From: Proteromonas lacertae
Taxonomy: Eukaryota
Direction of reading: 5' to 3'
Length of the DNA: 25,243 nucleotides
NCBI GenBank assembly: GCA_002245135.1
Contig: NGBS01000297.1
Coordinates: forward strand, 248,001 to 273,243
Part shown: one piece after another, positions 19,885 to 25,243 of the stretch
How the letters are laid out: the number at the start of each line of letters is the position of its first letter
How positions within the stretch are numbered: position 1 is the stretch's first letter
Notes under the pieces: model-generated
Database searches by the model: none
What the model saw: only the letters and a program-made list of their open reading frames with translations
Told to the model about the DNA's origin: nothing
Program-made: the position numbers and the translations under genes

Positions 19885-20683
19885 TTAATAATCATTTTGG
19901 TACTCTGGCTCCTCATCATCATCATCTACTATATATTGTGAGAAGTTATCATCATCATCTTCCTCTGTAGTACTATCTTCTTGTTCTTGGTTTTTGGTTG
20001 AAATGTTTTTTTGATTTATTTTCTTTCTTTTGAATCTTGGAGTTTTAGATGTACTGCGCTTTCTTTTTGTGGATACCACCTTTAACAACTTGTTGTTGTT
20101 GTCATCATCATCATTATAATCATCATCATTCAGGTTATCAAACAACGATGCTATAGAGACTTTACTACTTACTATACTTTCAGCAGTACTTCTGTAAACA
20201 ATATCTCCTTTCGAATTCTTGTTTTCTTCTTTTTCGCATTTTGCTAAATCGTTGTCACCGAAATGTATGATATACATACAAGTCAGTTCCACCATGTCCT
20301 CCATTGCATGGTCAAGCATACGATCATACTATTGATTCAAAATTGAAATATATATTAAATGGATATACGATGCTTTTGTCCAGATCCTTTTTATACATGA
20401 TATTACATAGCAGGACAGACATCAACACTCTGGACATTTTTAATCTTTCATGTCGAGCATCAATCTTTTCAATTTCTGTGAATCTTTTGTACCATGTACT
20501 GAAACGCCTTATACTGAAGTTACCATTCCAGCTATAGACATATAATAATATATTATACCTATAACGTTGCAAATCTTTCTCATGTTCTACAATCGTCTTA
20601 AAATTCTCACAAAAAATTTTATATATGCTCGGATTTGGATCATTAATGAAACTATTTTTGTATAGTATCTTCCAGTTGCTCAT
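19885..20683 (-). CDS. Spliced viral gene (intron 20329-20368): helical domain plus acidic/NLS tail
   Basis: Removing the 40-nt gtatatcc..aatcaatag segment joins ..DLDKSI/YDRMLDHAMEDM.. in frame. Confidence 0.75.
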
Positions 20684-21015
20684 AATAAGTGAATTGAAAG
20701 GGAAATAACGTTGAACAATGAACAAATGTTATATGTATATATGAAACGGATATATATATTTTTAAATGTTGCTATAAAGACATATAACTCTATTAATTTA
20801 GATAATAATCATAATGAAATGAATTTCATTATTACTTTTGTTTTTTGTTTTTGGACCATATGTTTAGCACTAATAGTTACGATCCACATTTATACAGCTC
20901 ATATAGCAACCAGAACCCATATCCTGTCAAACCGTTACCTACAAATGGTAACTTATCACTTGCAACATATATTAACCATGATAATAATATATATTAAGGG
21001 CTACAGACCCAAAAT

Positions 21016-21058
21016 GGCTTGACGCTAGACCACGAGGCTTGACGCTGGACCCGAGGCT
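21016..21058. repeat. Short GC-rich tandem repeat (~19 bp x2)
   Basis: ggcttgacgctagaccacga ggcttgacgctggacccga ggct. Confidence 0.8.
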
Positions 21059-21106
21059 AAAATTTATATATTCGTTTCATTTTTCTTATTTTTCATTTTA
21101 TTCAAT

Positions 21107-21207
21107 AACCGTTCATTTGTACAACGGTTTTAACGGTCGTTACGAATCCGTTACATGTCAGTTACATAACTGACGTGTAACTGACGGTGTAACTGCCGTC
21201 CGTTGTA
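21107..21207. repeat. Imperfect palindrome rich in AACGG/GTTAC motifs
   Basis: Core gttacatgtcagtta-ca-taactgacgtgtaac (14/15); outer arms tacaacgg/ccgttgta. Confidence 0.8.
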
Positions 21208-21342
21208 AACATTTGTTCAATTATGTTATAGAGACTGATATAAACCTTAAGAAGGCCATATACACCACCTAAGACTCGTTTTCACTTTCCCTTGTTTTCA
21301 CTTTCCCTTTTCTTTTACTCATTTAGTTTTTGAAATGCGGAT

Positions 21343-21465
21343 TTCATAATCGATTTTCCTTTCCCTTTCTTTTTTTCACTTATTTACCTAGAGAAAAGTG
21401 ATCGACTTCACTTTCCCTAAGTAAGGAAGTGAAAAAAAGAAAGGGTAAGAAGAATCGGTTATGGA
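21343..21465. repeat. ~120-bp imperfect hairpin
   Basis: Perfect 19-bp arms ccctttctttttttcactt / aagtgaaaaaaagaaaggg plus inner and outer partial stems. Confidence 0.85.
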
Positions 21466-21584
21466 TTTTTTATGTTATTTTAAATAAACCCTTAAAAACA
21501 CACAGTCTTCTTTTTATTTTAATTAATCTCTGTATTAGTATTTAAAATATATAATTATTTAATCATAATTAGATAAATTCATAT

Positions 21585-21998
21585 TTACTTACTTCTTTTT
21601 TTGATATCTGCATCCATTTTCACTCTAGCTGCTAAAGCATCACATAATAAAGATAGTAATCCATTAACTGCGTAATCTAATTTGTTATCAATAAATAATT
21701 GATTATTCTCAATTAATTCTTTCTTAAATCTATTACCATCTTTTCTAATATTATCTAAATATGTGATAATTTCCAATCTTTTTTTCGTTGCATACTGATT
21801 AGTATAATAATGCTTAACTTTGTCTAGTATAGCTTTTAACTTTGCTAGATTAGCTATGCTCTCTTCTAAATAATATAAGAAATGAACTTCTGTATATCCA
21901 TTTAATGCTAATTCTCTAATGCTATTAAAAACTTTGATCCAAAATGGTATTTCTTCTTGAACCATTGTTATATCTCTCTGATAAACAAAATGACGCAT
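21585..21998 (-). CDS. Hypothetical helical viral protein
   Basis: First ATG at 21998 (MRHFVYQ), 137 aa, divergent from polB. Confidence 0.7.
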   Translation of the reverse strand: MRHFVYQRDITMVQEEIPFWIKVFNSIRELALNGYTEVHFLYYLEESIANLAKLKAILDKVKHYYTNQYATKKRLEIITYLDNIRKDGNRFKKELIENNQLFIDNKLDYAVNGLLSLLCDALAARVKMDADIKKRSK

Positions 21999-22193
21999 TT
22001 TAATATAGTAAAAAATCAAAAAAACAATAAATTAAAAGTAAAGTTAATTATTTCTTTGATAATCAAAGAAAAAATTTTAACTATATTATTACAACTCCTT
22101 AATTATCAAGGAATTTCAATTAGCAAATCATATTAATACATTTGGAGTTATTTTATTGGGTATATTTATATCTTTCTCGTTTTATAGGTTCTA

Positions 22194-25100
22194 ATGTATC
22201 CCAGCTATCCTCCTTGGTTTAATCCGTGGTATTACCAGTCTCCAAGTACTTCTATGCCTATTCAAGGCAATAGTCAAGCAAATCAGATTCCAATGTTGCC
22301 ACAAAGTTATTTTAATCCCTGGATGAACCCTTATTTTACTCCAGCTATCCCACCACCACCATCCTATTACTATCCTCCACCATATTATGTAGGATCATTA
22401 AATCAACATCCACAACAACCTCAGCAGCAGCAGCAACAACAACAACAACAACAACAATCAAACACTACTAGAAGTACTAATGGAACTAGTTTCATAACAC
22501 CAAGAAGAAGAACAACATCTTCAATTGTAATTGATTAACCACCTCCTCCACCTCCAAAAATACAGCGATTAGCAGAAATCCCAGATGATTTATTACCAGA
22601 TACACCTCCTCCTGAAGATCCACCAACACTTTCACCAATTAATGATGGACCAATTCCTGAAATACATCCTCAATCAACTACAGATGTTGAAAGAAGAAGG
22701 CAGCTACAGGAAGAAATGATTGCTCTGGATGTTGTTGATAATCATCCAGAGCAGCTGAAAACAATGTCACATCCTGAAAGAGTAAGTTTGTTACAACTTG
22801 TAGAGAGAAGTAGTAGAGACTACGAACGTACCTACGAGAAGATTATAAATGAAGAAGATGGAAAGAAACCTGAGGATTTGTTTACCCAAATCTGCAATGC
22901 ATCAAGTGATTTTATGGTTACCATACGTAACTACATAAATGAGAAGAAATTTTCTTATATAAAAGTTTATTTCAGATTCAGAGTAGGTTATATAGGATCC
23001 GATGAACCAGCCAATGCACAAGTAAGTTGTTACAAAACATTCGAAACAGCGCCAGAAATTATAACTTCTCAAGAGTTAGGTACAATTGGTTCAAAGTTAA
23101 ACAATGCCATGATTCGAGATTTAGGTTCAATTTTCAACACTGAAAGATCTGAACTAAAGTTCAGATATATTAAGAAGGTAGAGATGATACTGATGAAAAG
23201 TTCAATGGCTGCTGGATCCTCTACAGAAGATGACAACATAAAGTTACCAGCAAGTCTCAACAATAGAAAGTGCGTTATTAATTTAGTAAGATATAGTGAA
23301 GAATGTAAGAATATGTGCTTTTTATTTAGTGTGGCAGCTGGTTTACACTATATAGAGTTCAAAGACCACCGTAACAGAGCAATGAAATATAAACAGTATG
23401 TAGACTTAATGGATGTAAGTAGTTTAAGGTTTCCAGTAGATGCAATTAATGATAGTGACAGAATTGATGAGTTTGAACAGCTGAATCATATTACTATCAA
23501 TATATTTACAATAGACCAGAATGAACCAATACCTTTATACGTTACCAACATAGATAAAAGAAAACACTGGCCTCATGTGAACCTATTGATATATAAAGAT
23601 CATTATATGGTAATAACAAAGTTAGAAGCCTTCCTATCACCTTCTGGTAAAAGGTGTCATAATTATTATACCAGATGCCAGTATTGTTTCTGTACTTTAT
23701 CAACAGCTGATATGATAATTCAACATCAGAAAGAGAATTGTCAATTACAAAAGGAATCATTCGTCAATTTCCACCTCCAGATACCTTCATCAAGTTTCAT
23801 AATTTCAAATACCAACAAATGATTCCTGTAGTATTATACTGGGATACAGAAGTTATACAAGTACCAATAGATCCTTCTGAAGTAATACCTGGAGCCAAAG
23901 GAGCGTTTAAAAAACATATTCTCAGCAGTTGGTGCATTCACTTAAGTTCCAGGTACCCTGAAATCATCAGCGAAGAAACATTCTTCGGAAAACTGGAATT
24001 GCAGCAAGATCCACAAGATTTGGAGATGCAACTAGTAAAGAAGTTTGTTGAGATTCAAGATTATGTATTGAAGAAGTATGAAGATTATAAAAGTGGTGAA
24101 TTGAAACCATTAGATGAAAGCACTTATATTCCAGCTCATAAAAATATCGATAAATGTATGTGGTGCAATACACCCTTCAATGAAAACGACAGAAATAGAA
24201 GGCGAACAAGACACCATGACCATTTTACTGGCAAGTATATTGCAACCTTATGTTCAAACTGTAATTGGCATTGTAGTTTACAACATATGCCTATACCATG
24301 TTTGGCACACAACAGTAAAAACTATGACAATAACTTTATAATACGCGGATTATCAAAGTTGGATAAAGAAATGGAAGCAAAATGGTACAATGATAATAAT
24401 ATTCCTATTCCAAATGATGATGATGATGATGATGAAGATAATGAAATTATACAATTACCAATACCTGAACCTGAACCTGAACCAATTGCTGATAGATTAG
24501 CTGAATACAATAGAGGTATTGAAGAAGAAAAGAAACAAGAACAAGAAGCAAAAACAGTTGATGATGAAGAAGATGCAGAAACAGAAGAAGATACTGATTC
24601 TGATTTGCCATTACCAGAAATACCACCAAATGCAATTGAAATAGTTGATGAGAATGATCCAGCAAATGAAGAAGCATTTAATGAGTTGTATTACATGTTA
24701 CATAGTAGAGATCATTACATATCACCAAGAACAGCAGAAGATATTGGATTAGAAGAAGAGATGGGAAATATTATTGTTTCACAACCTAATTCAACAACAA
24801 CTGAACAACAACAACAACAACAACCAACACCAAGAAAGAAGAAATATCATTCAAAACTATCTGTATTGTTAAAAACTGATAATAAGTTTTTACTTATCAA
24901 GTTCATGAAGTTACACTTTATAGATAGTTGTCAATTTATGCCAGCATCATTAGATTCATTAGTAAAATCATTGAAAGTCGAAACTGATGCACATGCTAAT
25001 CATAAAGTACTCTTTAAACCAGTTTATCAATATGTAACACAAACAAAAGAGATAAATGATTGTTTAAAAGAGAGAAACTGGACAGTGGATGATTTTATAG

Positions 25101-25243
25101 CTAAGTGGGGTTTACAGAAAGGTCATTTCCCCTACGAATACGTAGATAGTATTCAAAAGTTATACCTTACTGATTAATTACCTAGAAAAGAAGATTTTAA
25201 GTCTCAATTAAAACAGAATGAAGGTATTTCTGATTATAACTAT
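22194..25243 (+). pseudogene. polB: Protein-primed family B DNA polymerase (Polinton-type), 5' part, interrupted
   Basis: Motifs KLPASLNNRKCVIN..CFLFSV, FPV, EFEQLNHITINIF, HVNLL..HYMVI, PVVLYWDTE (ExoI), HHDHFTGKY..CSNCN (EndoVII-like), AHNSKNYD (ExoII), FIDSCQFMPASLDSLV and KGHFPYEY. In-frame TAA at 22536 and 25175; -1 shift near 23749-23752. Confidence 0.92.

Larger units (their letters stand above)
4399..25243. mobile_element. Endogenous Polinton/Maverick-like (PLV/adintovirus-like) dsDNA virus, right part beyond the window
   Basis: Penton, major capsid, packaging ATPase and pPolB occur together in a compact, largely intron-free gene array that begins abruptly upstream of an intron-rich host gene. 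The left boundary is inferred from the repeat/hairpin cluster at 4400-4630. Confidence 0.92.

Noticed and set aside
20711..21022. 103-aa hydrophobic plus-strand ORF
   Set aside because: Hydrophobicity derives from T-rich intergenic sequence and it overlaps a regulatory motif; no independent support.
23745..23760. Programmed -1 ribosomal frameshift in polB
   Set aside because: No canonical X XXY YYZ heptamer is present and similar 1-nt lesions occur elsewhere; an indel is the simpler explanation.
22536..25177. TAA-to-Gln reassignment (ciliate-type code) as the explanation for the polB stops
   Set aside because: Host exons and long viral ORFs contain no in-frame TAA, use CAA for Gln, and TAA terminates most genes.

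Overview
AT-rich eukaryotic (protist) DNA in two parts. (1) 1-4294, minus strand: a host gene with 12 tiny GTAT...TAG introns (26-57 nt). It encodes a divergent Hsp70/Hsp110-type ATPase domain fused to a long helical tail and runs off the left edge. (2) ~4400 to the right edge: an endogenous Polinton/Maverick-like dsDNA virus. It carries a minor capsid (penton), a double-jelly-roll major capsid, an A32/FtsK packaging ATPase, a fibre-like protein, small Arg/Gly-rich proteins with adenovirus protein VI-like amphipathic motifs, an AT-hook protein, and a protein-primed PolB (vOTU-like and endonuclease VII-like domains) cut by the window end. No integrase or adenain protease is recognisable in the window. 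Most notable: (a) at least two viral genes are split by host-type spliceosomal mini-introns; (b) a ~68-bp quasi-palindromic sequence is repeated directly at 4412 and 19396, bracketing the 15-kb virion module and leaving PolB outside; (c) there are hairpin clusters and recurring promoter-like motifs; (d) several frameshifts and stops (PolB included) contrast with an intact capsid/ATPase core. All family calls rest on motif recognition by eye, not on database searches.
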